Assembly: GCA_963782545.1 (NCBI GenBank)
Contig: CAWAKD010000001.1
Span: 8,118-72,117, forward strand
Length of the DNA stretch: 64,000 nt
Origin: an uncultured delta proteobacterium
GTDB lineage: Bacteria; Myxococcota_A; Polyangia; Fen-1088
Direction of reading: 5' to 3'
Below are positions 28,288-37,086 of this stretch, piece by piece (positions within the stretch are counted from its first letter, which is position 1; every line of letters begins with the position of its first letter). The position numbers and the translations under genes are program-made. Below the pieces are notes generated by a model. It saw only the letters and a program-made list of their open reading frames with translations. It was not told the DNA's origin and did not search any database.

Positions 28288-29592
28288 ATGATCAATACCG
28301 GCGACACCGCGTGGATGCTGATTTCGACCGCACTCGTGCTGCTCATGGTCCCCGGCCTGGCGCTCTTCTACGGGGGCTTGGTCCGCACCAAGAATGTCCT
28401 CTCCACCTTCATGCACAGTTTCGTGGTGCTGGGTCTGGTGACCTTGCAGTGGACGATCTTCGGGTATTCGCTCGCCTACGGGCCCGATCACGGCGGTCTC
28501 ATCGGTGGCCTGTCCTACGCCTTCATGCACGGCGTGACCTTGGCGCCCCGCCAGGGCGACACCATCCCGCACATGCTGTTCTTCGCCTACCAGATGATGT
28601 TCGCCATCATCACGCCGGCGCTCATCTCGGGCGCCTACGCCGAGCGCTTCAAGTTCTCCGCCTACGCCCTGTTCACGCTGCTGTGGGCGACCCTGGTCTA
28701 CGATCCCCTCGCCCACTGGGTCTGGGGCAGCGGCGGCTGGATGGCCAAGATGGGGGTGCTCGACTTCGCCGGCGGCATCGTGGTCCACATCAGCTCGGGC
28801 GTGTCGGCGCTGGTCGTCGCTCTCGTGGTGGGCAAACGCCTCGGCTACCCGCGCGAGCGTAGCCTGCCGCACAACCTCACCATGGTCCTGCTCGGCGCCG
28901 GCCTGCTGTGGTTCGGCTGGTTCGGCTTCAACGGCGGCAGCGCGCTATCCGCCTCGGGGATCGCCACCCTGGCGTTGGTCAACTCACAGCTCGCGGCGGC
29001 GGCGGGCGGGCTGGCCTGGCTCATCATCGATGTGATCCGTTACGGCAAGGCTTCCGCGCTCGGCTTCGCCTCCGGCCTGGTCGCCGGCCTCGCCACGGTC
29101 ACGCCGGCCTCGGGCTTCGTCGGGCCCATGGGCGCCATCGCCATCGGCACCGCCGCCGGGCTCGCCTGCTACGGTGCCGTCATGCTCAAGGGCAGGCTCA
29201 ATTACGACGACACCCTGGACGCGTTCGGCGTGCACGGTGTGGGCGGAGCGGTCGGCACCATCCTGCTCGGCGTGTTCGCGGCCAAGGCCTGGAACGCCAA
29301 TGGCGCCGATGGACTCCTCGCCGGCGACTCCGCGCTTCTCGGCAAGCAGGTGCTCGCCGTCGCGGTCACCATCGCGTTCTCGGTGGCCGGCACACTGGTC
29401 AGCTTGAAGATCGTGGATATGGCCGTCGGACTGCGCGTGACCGCCGACGTGGAACGCGAGGGTCTCGACATCAACCTGCACGGCGAGGAGGCCTATTCCG
29501 TCGGCAGCTCGAACTTCGGACATGCCGACATGGCAGTCGCGCCTGCGGCCGCCCAGCCCGCGAGCAAGAGCAGCCCGGTCGCCGTGTCGTAG
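28288..29592 (+). CDS. amt: Ammonium transporter (Amt family)
   Basis: INTGDTAWMLISTALVLLMVPGLALFYGGLVR...DFAGGIVVHISSGVSALV...FGVHGVGGAVGTILLGVFA are canonical Amt motifs. Confidence 0.95.
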   Translation: MINTGDTAWMLISTALVLLMVPGLALFYGGLVRTKNVLSTFMHSFVVLGLVTLQWTIFGYSLAYGPDHGGLIGGLSYAFMHGVTLAPRQGDTIPHMLFFAYQMMFAIITPALISGAYAERFKFSAYALFTLLWATLVYDPLAHWVWGSGGWMAKMGVLDFAGGIVVHISSGVSALVVALVVGKRLGYPRERSLPHNLTMVLLGAGLLWFGWFGFNGGSALSASGIATLALVNSQLAAAAGGLAWLIIDVIRYGKASALGFASGLVAGLATVTPASGFVGPMGAIAIGTAAGLACYGAVMLKGRLNYDDTLDAFGVHGVGGAVGTILLGVFAAKAWNANGADGLLAGDSALLGKQVLAVAVTIAFSVAGTLVSLKIVDMAVGLRVTADVEREGLDINLHGEEAYSVGSSNFGHADMAVAPAAAQPASKSSPVAVS

Positions 29593-29644
29593 CGGCTACG
29601 TCAGAGTCGTAGCAGCCACGTCAGATTGGTGTAGTCTTGGCCCC

Positions 29645-30169
29645 ATGCGGCTGCCCATCCCCCTCATGCGCCGGCCACTGGACATCGGGCTTCTGGGCTT
29701 CTTCATCTTCAATTTGCTGTTCGTCAGCTATGTGATCAGCCTCGAACAGATCGTCATCGCCAACCCGGCGTCCTACGTTCGTCCCATCTGGCCACCACGC
29801 GGCGCCCTCGCGCTGGTGCACTGGTGGGAAAAGACCTACGATCCTTTGCTGTGGGCGCGCCCCGCCTGGTATCGCGCGACCATCTGGCTCGACGTCCTGC
29901 TCTTCGGCCCGTTCTACGCCGCAGCCACCTACGCCTACGCCCGCGGACGCGAATGGATTCGCATCCCTTGCGTTCTGTGGGCCGGGATGATGCTCGCCAA
30001 CGTAACCATCATCCTGTTCGAGGAATTCGTGGGCCCGCACGCTTCGCCGCGTCCCTTGGTCGTCCTGGCCGCGAACGCCGGCTGGCTTGTCTTCCCCGTT
30101 CTGGTGCTCTTGCGGGTGGCGGGCAAGGAACATCCCTTCACCGAAGAATTGGTGATACCGACGGAATGA
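29645..30169 (+). CDS. TMEM97/sigma-2-receptor-like EXPERA-domain membrane protein
   Basis: LVHWWEKTYDPLLWARPAWYRATIWLDVLLFGPFYAAATYAYARGREWIRIPCVLWAGMMLANVTIILFEEF. As I recall it, this parallels the TMEM97 core (..W(Y)..(E)(F)KDPLL...PAWFK....E..FQ.PFF..ATYAF.KG..WIR.P...) almost residue for residue. Confidence 0.8.
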   Translation: MRLPIPLMRRPLDIGLLGFFIFNLLFVSYVISLEQIVIANPASYVRPIWPPRGALALVHWWEKTYDPLLWARPAWYRATIWLDVLLFGPFYAAATYAYARGREWIRIPCVLWAGMMLANVTIILFEEFVGPHASPRPLVVLAANAGWLVFPVLVLLRVAGKEHPFTEELVIPTE

Positions 30170-30954
30170 TCTCGTTCGGGCAGCGCTTCGGTCCTTGGGC
30201 CGCGATTGCCGGCGCGTCGGCTGGTCTCGGCGAAGCCTTCGCGCGCCAGCTCGCGGGGCGCGGGCTCAACCTCCTGCTCATCGCGCGCAGGCAGTCGGCC
30301 CTGGACCGCCTAGCCGCCGAGCTCGCGGCCGCCCACGGCATCGAGGTGCGCACCCTGGCCACGGATCTCGCCCGGCCGGATCTCGCGGCTGCCGTCCGGG
30401 ACTTCGCCGCCGGTCTCGAGGTCGGCCTGCTGGTCTACAACGCCGCCTTCTCTACCATCGGCCCCTTTCTGGAATTTCCCGTCGAAGACCACCTGCGCGT
30501 GATCGACGTCAACTGCCGTGGGCCGCTCGTGCTCGCGCACCTCTTCGGCCGTGCTATGGCCGAGCGCAAGCGCGGCGGCATCGTGCTGATGACCTCCACG
30601 GCCGGATCGCAGGGCGGGCCTTGGATCGCTTCCTATACCGCTTCCAAGGCCTTCAACCTGATCCTGGCCGAGGCCCTGTGGGACGAGCTGGCCGAAAGCG
30701 GGGTCCATGTGATCGCCTGTCGCGCCGGGGCCACGCGCACGCCCGGATACGAGGCCTCGAAGCCACGCCCGAGCCGGATCCCCTTGCTGGATCCGAACTA
30801 CGTTGCCGAAAGGACCCTCGCGTCCCTCGGCCGCGGTCCCAGCGTGGTGCCCGGAGCGTTCTACAGCATTTCGGCCTTCGTCATGGGCCGGCTTCTGCCG
30901 CGCCGGATGTCAATTCGGATCATGGGCCGCGCCACCCGCAAGCTGTACGGCTAG
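30166..30954 (+). CDS. Short-chain dehydrogenase/reductase (SDR)
   Basis: GASAGLGEAFARQLAGRG (TGxxxGxG-type), NAA, and S...YTASK catalytic motif. ATG 30166 overlaps the upstream stop (ATGA). Confidence 0.85.
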   Translation: MISFGQRFGPWAAIAGASAGLGEAFARQLAGRGLNLLLIARRQSALDRLAAELAAAHGIEVRTLATDLARPDLAAAVRDFAAGLEVGLLVYNAAFSTIGPFLEFPVEDHLRVIDVNCRGPLVLAHLFGRAMAERKRGGIVLMTSTAGSQGGPWIASYTASKAFNLILAEALWDELAESGVHVIACRAGATRTPGYEASKPRPSRIPLLDPNYVAERTLASLGRGPSVVPGAFYSISAFVMGRLLPRRMSIRIMGRATRKLYG

Positions 30955-30958
30955 ACGC

Positions 30959-31828
30959 ATGCGTGCCCTGAAGTCAAAGCGCGCAGGGCTGGTGTTCGTG
31001 GCGGCGGCCTACGCCACGGCGCTGTTCGCGGCCCTTGCCGTCGGCCACGCGCTTTCCGGCATCCATCCCATCTGGGTTGCGGCCCTGGGCGACATTGCCG
31101 CCACCCTGGTCGTGTTCGCCTTCAGCGCCGCGCTCGACAACTCCAGCGTCTACGATCCTTACTGGAGCGTGGCGCCCTTGCCGATTGCCGTCTATTGGGC
31201 GGCTATCCCGCTGGCAAGCGATTTCGGCCCGCGCCAGCTCCTGGTTCTCGCGTTGCTGGTCATCTGGGCCGCGCGTCTCACCGCCAACTGGGCTGTGCGC
31301 TGGCGCGGCCCCGCCGACGAAGATTTCCGCTACGTCGAAATCCGCGCCAAGACCGGCAAGGGCTACTGGCCCGCGAGCCTGATATCCATCCACATCCTGC
31401 CGACGGCCTGGGTCTTCTTGGGCCTTTTGCCCATCTTCCCCGCCCTGGTTCGGCCAGGTTTCTCCATCGTCGACGTCGCCGCCGCGCTGGTCGCCGGCTC
31501 GGCCATCGCCATCGAAACCCTCGCCGACCTGCAACTGCGCCGCTACCTTCGCTCGCCCCACGACCAAGGCGGCATCCTCGCTTCGGGTCTGTGGTCGCGC
31601 TGCCGGCATCCCAACTACCTGGGGGAGATCCTCTTCTGGTGGAGCCTGTTTCTGTTCGGCATGGCCGCCAACCCCGGCTGGATCTGGTCGATCGTCGGAC
31701 CGATCTCCATCACCTTGCTGTTCGTGTTCGTCAGCGTGCCCTGGATGGACCGCCGCATGATCTCCCGCCACCCGGCCTGGGTCGCGCACGCGAAGAAAAC
31801 CCCGGCGCTCTTGCCTTGGCCGCGCTGA
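30959..31828 (+). CDS. DUF1295 / steroid 5-alpha-reductase-like polytopic membrane protein
   Basis: ...LWSRCRHPNYLGEILFWWSLFLF... C-terminal signature shared by steroid-reductase/ICMT-like enzymes. Multiple TM helices. Starts 5 nt after the SDR stop. Confidence 0.8.
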   Translation: MRALKSKRAGLVFVAAAYATALFAALAVGHALSGIHPIWVAALGDIAATLVVFAFSAALDNSSVYDPYWSVAPLPIAVYWAAIPLASDFGPRQLLVLALLVIWAARLTANWAVRWRGPADEDFRYVEIRAKTGKGYWPASLISIHILPTAWVFLGLLPIFPALVRPGFSIVDVAAALVAGSAIAIETLADLQLRRYLRSPHDQGGILASGLWSRCRHPNYLGEILFWWSLFLFGMAANPGWIWSIVGPISITLLFVFVSVPWMDRRMISRHPAWVAHAKKTPALLPWPR

Positions 31829-31833
31829 ATTAC
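31803..31833. repeat. Direct repeat copy A (26 bp perfect, 31 bp with 1 mismatch); partner at 36105-36135
   Basis: CGGCGCTCTTGCCTTGGCCGCGCTGA(A/T)TTAC occurs at both sites. Here it encodes the last codons (..ALLPWPR*) of the DUF1295 gene. Confidence 0.8.
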
Positions 31834-32197
31834 AGGCGTCGAGGCCCGGCACTTGGTCGCCTTGGATGGTGTCTTCATCGCTGCTGCCGCCGACGTCGTC
31901 GAGGACGACGGTGAGAGGCAAACCCGCTTCCTCGCCGACGACCTCGCCGAGCCGGAGCCGGCCTTAGGTGGCTGGTGTCGCTCCTTCTACGGCCCCCCGT
32001 GTCCCTCCATCAACATCTGGTCCGGCGTCGCTTCTTCGCCGGGAGGGGCGGCGGTTTCGGTGGGGGCGGTGCCGTCGAGCAAGACCTCGTCGAGGCCTTC
32101 GCTGGCGAGGCGCTGCCGATGCGGTTCTGGAAAACGTAGGACTTGGCGTGTTCAGCATCCCGTTTCGCATCGACCAGGCCACGCCTTCGCTGCGCGC

Positions 32198-32522
32198 ACT
32201 GATGAAGAAGTATGCCCAGGTTCCCATGGATCTACCCGACGCGGGCGCGTGTGAAGAACGTCCCAGCCTCCCCTGCTCGTTCGACGGAAGCCCGGAACTT
32301 CCCTTGCTGGGCCTTCTCGGTGGCTGTCCCGGGCCGGGAACAGAATTCACCATGGCGGTCACCTTTTCCCAAGGCTGCGCCACCCATCTCTACGCGAACG
32401 GAGTGCCCGATTACGCCACCTCTTGCTACGTACCGATCCTCGAGTCCTCGCGGTTCGAGTGCATCGGCCAGAGCCCATGCTTGGGAATGAGCGCTTCCAC
32501 GCTCGCACAAATGGCGCCATAA
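32198..32522 (+). CDS. Possible small Cys-rich hypothetical protein
   Basis: Only the 3' part of ORF 31968..32522 has coding-like GC3 (MKKYAQVPMDLPDAGACEE...CYVPILESSRFECIGQSPC...). No family recognised. It could be a gene remnant. Confidence 0.3.
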
Positions 32523-32553
32523 GGCTCGTTGCGCCCGCGTCTGTTAGCATCCC

Positions 32554-32739
32554 TTGCGCAGGAAGAGCAACCGCCTCGAAGCCTTCAGCGATGGCGTGCT
32601 GGCCATCATCATCATCATCACCATCACGGTGCTCGAGCCGAAGGTGCCGCGTGGCGCGGGCCTGGCGACCACGAGCGGCTTGAGCCGGCAGGACAAGCTC
32701 TTGCGTGAAACGATGTCCTCGCTATCATGGCCAGCGTGA
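32554..32739 (+). pseudogene. N-terminal fragment of a TMEM175/DUF1211-family channel gene
   Basis: RLEAFSDGVLAIIIIITITVLEPKVP carries the R-x3-F-S-D TM1 signature. Similarity stops after about 35 codons, and the remaining TM helices are absent. Confidence 0.55.
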
Positions 32740-33020
32740 ATTGCGGCGCCCTCATCTTCACCGGCCATGCATTCGCCCGAATGTTTGCCAGGGCCGTAAC
32801 ACCGGCCGAAGTGCGGGCGGTCATCGACCACGGCGAAACGATAGCGGAATACCCGGACGACAAGCCGTATCCCAGTGCCCTTCTGCTGGGGATCGTCGAC
32901 GGGCGGGTTCTGCATGTTGTGGTCGGCCATGACGCCGGGACCGAACAGTGCTACGTAATAACGGTGTACGAGCCCAACTCGGAAAAGTGGGACCGTGCCT
33001 TCAGAAGGAGGAAGACTTGA
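32727..33020 (+). CDS. DUF4258-domain protein (putative toxin)
   Basis: IFTGHAFARMFARAVTPAEVRAVIDHGETIAEYPDDKPYPSALLLG..DGRVLHVVVGHD....CYVITVYEP is the typical DUF4258 layout. Confidence 0.75.
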   Translation: MASVNCGALIFTGHAFARMFARAVTPAEVRAVIDHGETIAEYPDDKPYPSALLLGIVDGRVLHVVVGHDAGTEQCYVITVYEPNSEKWDRAFRRRKT

Positions 33021-33244
33021 TGACTTGCCCAATTTGCAAGCACGGTGAAATCGCGCCTGGGCACACCACGATCGCGATCCAACGCGGAGAATCCACGATT
33101 ATCCTCAAGGGTGTCCCAGCCGGCATCTGCGACAACTGCGAGGAGTATCATCTTTCCGAAGAGGTCGCGCTGAAGGTCTACGCCGTGGCTGACTTGGCCG
33201 TGCGCTCCGGCGCCGAAGTCGAGATCCTGCGCTTCGCCGCGTAG
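33020..33244 (+). CDS. YgiT-type zinc-finger protein (MqsA-N-terminal-like, putative antitoxin)
   Basis: CPICKHGE...VPAGICDNCEEYHLSEEV (CxxC...CxxC). AGGAGGAAG lies upstream, and ATG 33020 overlaps the upstream TGA by 1 nt (TGATG). Confidence 0.8.
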   Translation: MTCPICKHGEIAPGHTTIAIQRGESTIILKGVPAGICDNCEEYHLSEEVALKVYAVADLAVRSGAEVEILRFAA

Positions 33245-33474
33245 CCGGTACGGAAGACCCGACCCAGGCTTCGCGCCTGGCATGGTCTCTGGATGGCTCG
33301 GCGAAGACTGCGCGACTTGAACGCACTCGGAGCTTGGCCTTGGGTACCTCCCACGCTCGAAGCCACCGTGCCAACTCAGAATTCGTGACCCGCAGGGCGT
33401 GTGCATAATGTCATTCGGTGAAGGGAAAATGGCTCTTGTTCCGACTAGGCTCCAGACTTGACTCATGAAGAGAC

Positions 33475-33903
33475 TTGCCCTGCTTTGCCTGTTTGGACGT
33501 AGACATCACGGTCCTGCTCGGGACGATTCCAGCAGGGAGGCTGGTGACCGCGCTCCGCCGCCACGGTTTGTTGCCGACCATCGAGGACGAGACTTTCGTC
33601 GCAACCACCCGAGTCATCCCGGTGGCCCACCGGCCGACCGGACTGCTGGTCGATATTGTTCTGGGCGGACCCGGAATCGAAGAGCGGTTCGCCGCAAACG
33701 CCGAGATGGTGAGGGTGGGTCGGGTCGCCGTGCCGGTTGCGACTGCCAGTCATCTCGTGGTGATGAAGGTGTTGGCCGGCCGCCCCAAGGATCTCGAGGA
33801 TGCCGCTCTGCTGCTGGCGAGGCGGGGAGGGAAGATCAGCACTGGAGAAATCAACCGTCTCGCGGAGTCCTGTCTCGGGCGCTCGCCGACGACGGGATCC
33901 TGA
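33475..33903 (+). pseudogene. 5'-truncated nucleotidyltransferase-fold gene fragment
   Basis: ...CLDVDITVLLG...IPVATASHLVVMKVLAGRPKDLEDAALLL resembles small nucleotidyltransferase-fold proteins. An in-frame stop lies 3 codons upstream of the first codon, so the usual N-terminal segment is missing. Confidence 0.4.
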
Positions 33904-34314
33904 ACAACCTGCGCGAGGGCCGTCGGCGCGCGGCGCGACTGCGTCGAGGGTAGAGCCCGACGCTGCCACCACAAAGGCCCATCGTCAGGCGCCCTGCCGC
34001 GTGGGCACCTTGATCTCCAGCGGTCGACCTGCCGGCGCAACTGGCGGAGGCTCGGAGCAAGGCGCAGGCGGATCGTCTCGCAGCGAACCGGGCTATGACT
34101 TGTGACCAGTGCAACGCTCAGCAAGCCAGCCCTCCCGCATCGCCAGTTCCGCCATGATTCTAGCACTGTCGCTGTTGCGTACAGTCTTCTACGGAATGTC
34201 CGCGCACACAGCTCGGAAATCCAAGCGATTGAGGCGCCTCGGGGCCGTGCTTCACTCGATTGTCGCGCCGCCGTTTGAGGCCATCGTCTCCACCCATGAT
34301 CTTGGAGGCGACAT

Positions 34315-34946
34315 CTATGGCCGGTGGAGAACCAGGATCGGGTGATCGAGCGTCCCAGAGCCCGCTACGGGTATCGGAGCGCGTTTTCGAGAAGCCCGGC
34401 ACGCGTTGCCCACGACAGTCCCCCAACGTCTGGTGTGGGCTTCTATCCGACCCTGCGGGAGCCGGAGAGCCGCGTCGACGATCTCGCAAGCGTCGTTGGC
34501 CAAGAATTCGACGTAGTGAAATTTGGCGAGGGTCCCCGACAAGGTGAGCTCGGCCGGACCGGCGTTCTCGGCTCCCCATTGATCCTTGCAGTCCACGGCC
34601 AGAAGCAGGTCGCGCCCGCCGCCTTGGATAGCCAATACTCACGCCGGTCGCAGCGATCTTCATCGGCCGCAGCATCCGGAGGTGCAAGCAGCCGAACGAC
34701 TACGACATAGCCAGCCTCAGGACCGCCCGCAGGAAGTCGCTCCATAACGGAACAACGGGGACGACTGTGACAAAGAGGATCCGCGGGCGCTCCCACCAAC
34801 TCACGCTTGGGCGCTGCTTCTACCGCGCCCAGGCGTGGTGATGTGGATGTCGGCGACACGTCGTGGGCGGGCGCAGAAGGTTTTCTGCAGGCAGGCAACG
34901 CCACCAGGAAGGCAAGTGTGATCACGCCAATCGCACGAAGATGCAC
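34315..34946 (-). pseudogene. Frame-broken lipoprotein gene
   Basis: MHLRAIGVITLAFLVALPAC signal in ORF 34443..34946. Coding-like sequence continues in ORF 34315..34635 (...IQGGGRDLLLAVDCKDQWGAENAGPAELTLSGTLAKFHYVEF...). The switch is near 34630. Confidence 0.45.
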
Positions 34947-34965
34947 TCTGCCACCTTGGTGTTAT

Positions 34966-35214
34966 TCAGAACGTAGACTCCCTCGCGGCGATTCTCGAAG
35001 GAAGCGGATTCTTGACGCCCACGCGCAGTGCAGCCTGCACGAAACACCAGAACACGAACTTCGCACACCAGGCCTGTCCAAGTTTGCTGTTAGCCAGCCT
35101 CTGGTATTCGTCGATCCTGGGCCCACGATTGTTGTTGGCGGTTTCAAAAACGCCCCGCTTCGCCTCGGCCAAGGCGATTTCGACAGCGACCTCCGCAACA
35201 CTCCTGCCAGTCAT
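34966..35214 (-). pseudogene. Truncated CHAP/TIGR02594-like cell-wall hydrolase fragment
   Basis: AEAKRGVFETANNNRGPRIDEYQRLANSKLGQAWCAKFVFWCF carries the catalytic-Cys context (WCA.FV). The ORF ends after 82 aa, before the His/Asp half. Confidence 0.45.
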
Positions 35215-35269
35215 ATCGTTCTCCTAGCTTGAAGCGAATCTCTTGTGGGTGGAGGGAAAAGTCAACCGT

Positions 35270-35359
35270 GCTGGCCGCCCGCCGCTTGCACAGGACCGCC
35301 TCGCCGTCCTGCCTGACCACCGCGTCAGGCTGACCCTGAAGCGTCCCTGGTCAGAGGGC
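35270..35359 (+). mobile_element. Relic of an IS91-family (Y2) transposase C-terminal region
   Basis: AGRPPLAQDRLAVLPDHRVRLTLKRPWSEG resembles the conserved ...RPP.A..RL.....GRV...LKRPW.DGT... block of IS91-family transposases. Only about 30 codons remain. Confidence 0.45.
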
Positions 35360-35530
35360 GAGGTTGGCACCCGACCGACACGGCTTAAAGCGCGGCGGCG
35401 AGCAGCAGCAGGATGGAGATCTCGTGAACCAGCGACGCCACGTCCGCGCCCGACAGCAGGGTGGGAGTGGCTCCTAGCCCTGAAGCGGGCTAACGTTGCT
35501 AGTCCACCCCATCGGCCATACTCCTAGGTC

Positions 35531-36091
<561 letters not shown>

Positions 36092-36104
36092 CCTTTCATG
36101 GTTG

Positions 36105-36135
36105 CGGCGCTCTTGCCTTGGCCGCGCTGATTTAC
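36105..36135. repeat. Direct repeat copy B; partner at 31803-31833
   Basis: Same 26/31-bp sequence. Here it is non-coding on the plus strand and overlaps the stop codon (36132-36134) of the convergent PP2C gene. Confidence 0.8.
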
Positions 36136-36890
36136 CGCCGTACCCCGGGGGTTTCGCCGATCACGCGCACGACGCCGGCGCTCACGTTGTCGATGGTGCC
36201 GATGGCGTTGGCCTCGTCGATGAGCTTGCGGCAGGCGGTTGCGGCGTCGAGGCCCTTGACCAGCTCCGCGATTTCATGATCCTCGAAGACGCGATGGAGG
36301 CCATCCGTAGATAAGATGACCACGTCATCTTGCACGAGGTCGAGCTCGAACAGATCGATGGAGACCAGCAATTCCCGACCCAAGCTGCGGGTGAGCACGT
36401 CGCTGCCCTTGAGCAGGTAGTGGCCTTCTTCCGCGGCGGCCTCGGCGGCCACGGTGTGGTCCTTGCTCAGCTGATTGATGTAGCCGTCGCGAAGCAAGTA
36501 TACCCGGCTGTTGCCCACGTGCGCGGCGGCCATCTCTCCTTCGTGGATCGCCACCGCCGTCAGGGTCGTGCTCATGCCGCGCAACTGCGGCACCACCAGG
36601 GCCATGTCGTAGACCTCGTAGCTGGCGTTGCGCGCGGCCCGCACCAGGCGTTGCATCTGGGTGATTCCCGGCGCCAGCTCACGGAACGAACGCATGAGCG
36701 CGAGGATGGCGCGCTGACTGGCGAGCTCGCCCCCTTCGAGGGTGGACATGCCGTCCGCGACCGCGACCAGACCACTGGTCTTGCCATGAATGTACTTGCC
36801 GGCATTATCTTCGTTGTGGCCACGCTCGGTACCGGCATCGCTCAACACCGCCATCTCGATCTCGAAGGGCTCTGGGTTCAGGTTGCTCAT
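36132..36890 (-). CDS. PP2C-family Ser/Thr protein phosphatase
   Basis: SDAGTERGHNEDN, VADGMS, TTLTA..I......AHVGNSRVYLLRDG...QLSKDHT, and LSTDGL...IDNVS are PP2C motifs. ATG 36890 is preferred over TTG 36902. Confidence 0.85.
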   Translation of the reverse strand: MSNLNPEPFEIEMAVLSDAGTERGHNEDNAGKYIHGKTSGLVAVADGMSTLEGGELASQRAILALMRSFRELAPGITQMQRLVRAARNASYEVYDMALVVPQLRGMSTTLTAVAIHEGEMAAAHVGNSRVYLLRDGYINQLSKDHTVAAEAAAEEGHYLLKGSDVLTRSLGRELLVSIDLFELDLVQDDVVILSTDGLHRVFEDHEIAELVKGLDAATACRKLIDEANAIGTIDNVSAGVVRVIGETPGVRR

Positions 36891-36987
36891 CGCTCTCTTC
36901 AAGTCTGCTTGCGCTTCCTCGGGCCATCAACGTCGAGAGTGCCCGCAAGACGTCGGCACGGCCACATTTAGCCTCGCCTTCTTGCTG

Positions 36988-37009
36988 GGGATACCTGCGG
37001 GATACTTGC
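36988..37009. promoter_or_regulatory. Tandem 11-bp direct repeat GGGATAC(C/T)TGC x2 in the divergent PP2C / poly-Pro gene intergenic region
   Basis: Read directly. The repeats are adjacent, one helical turn apart, about 80 nt upstream of ATG 37087 and about 100 nt upstream of ATG 36890. This spacing is typical of response-regulator sites, but function is untested. Confidence 0.25.
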
Positions 37010-37086
37010 CGCTAACGCGAGGGTTTCATCCCGCTCCACGAGGCGGTCCCTGCGTGCTTGGGGTACTATGCGCGAAGGACTACACC

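Noticed and set aside
31834-32197. Region after the DUF1295 gene with several overlapping ORFs (31853..32254, 31964..32383, 31968..32522 5' part).
   Set aside because: No frame shows a consistent coding signal or motifs. It is treated as non-coding or degraded island sequence.
32604-32627. Run of eight His codons (CAT x5, CAC, CAT, CAC) followed by CTCGAG and a ..VPRG.. string, superficially like a His-tag/thrombin-site expression-vector scar.
   Set aside because: The His codons are in frame 3, whereas the coding-like frame (frame 1) reads AIIIIITITVLEPKVPRG. That is the hydrophobic first helix of a TMEM175/DUF1211 fragment. The His run and VPRG are in different frames, so it is a coincidence of ATC repeats.
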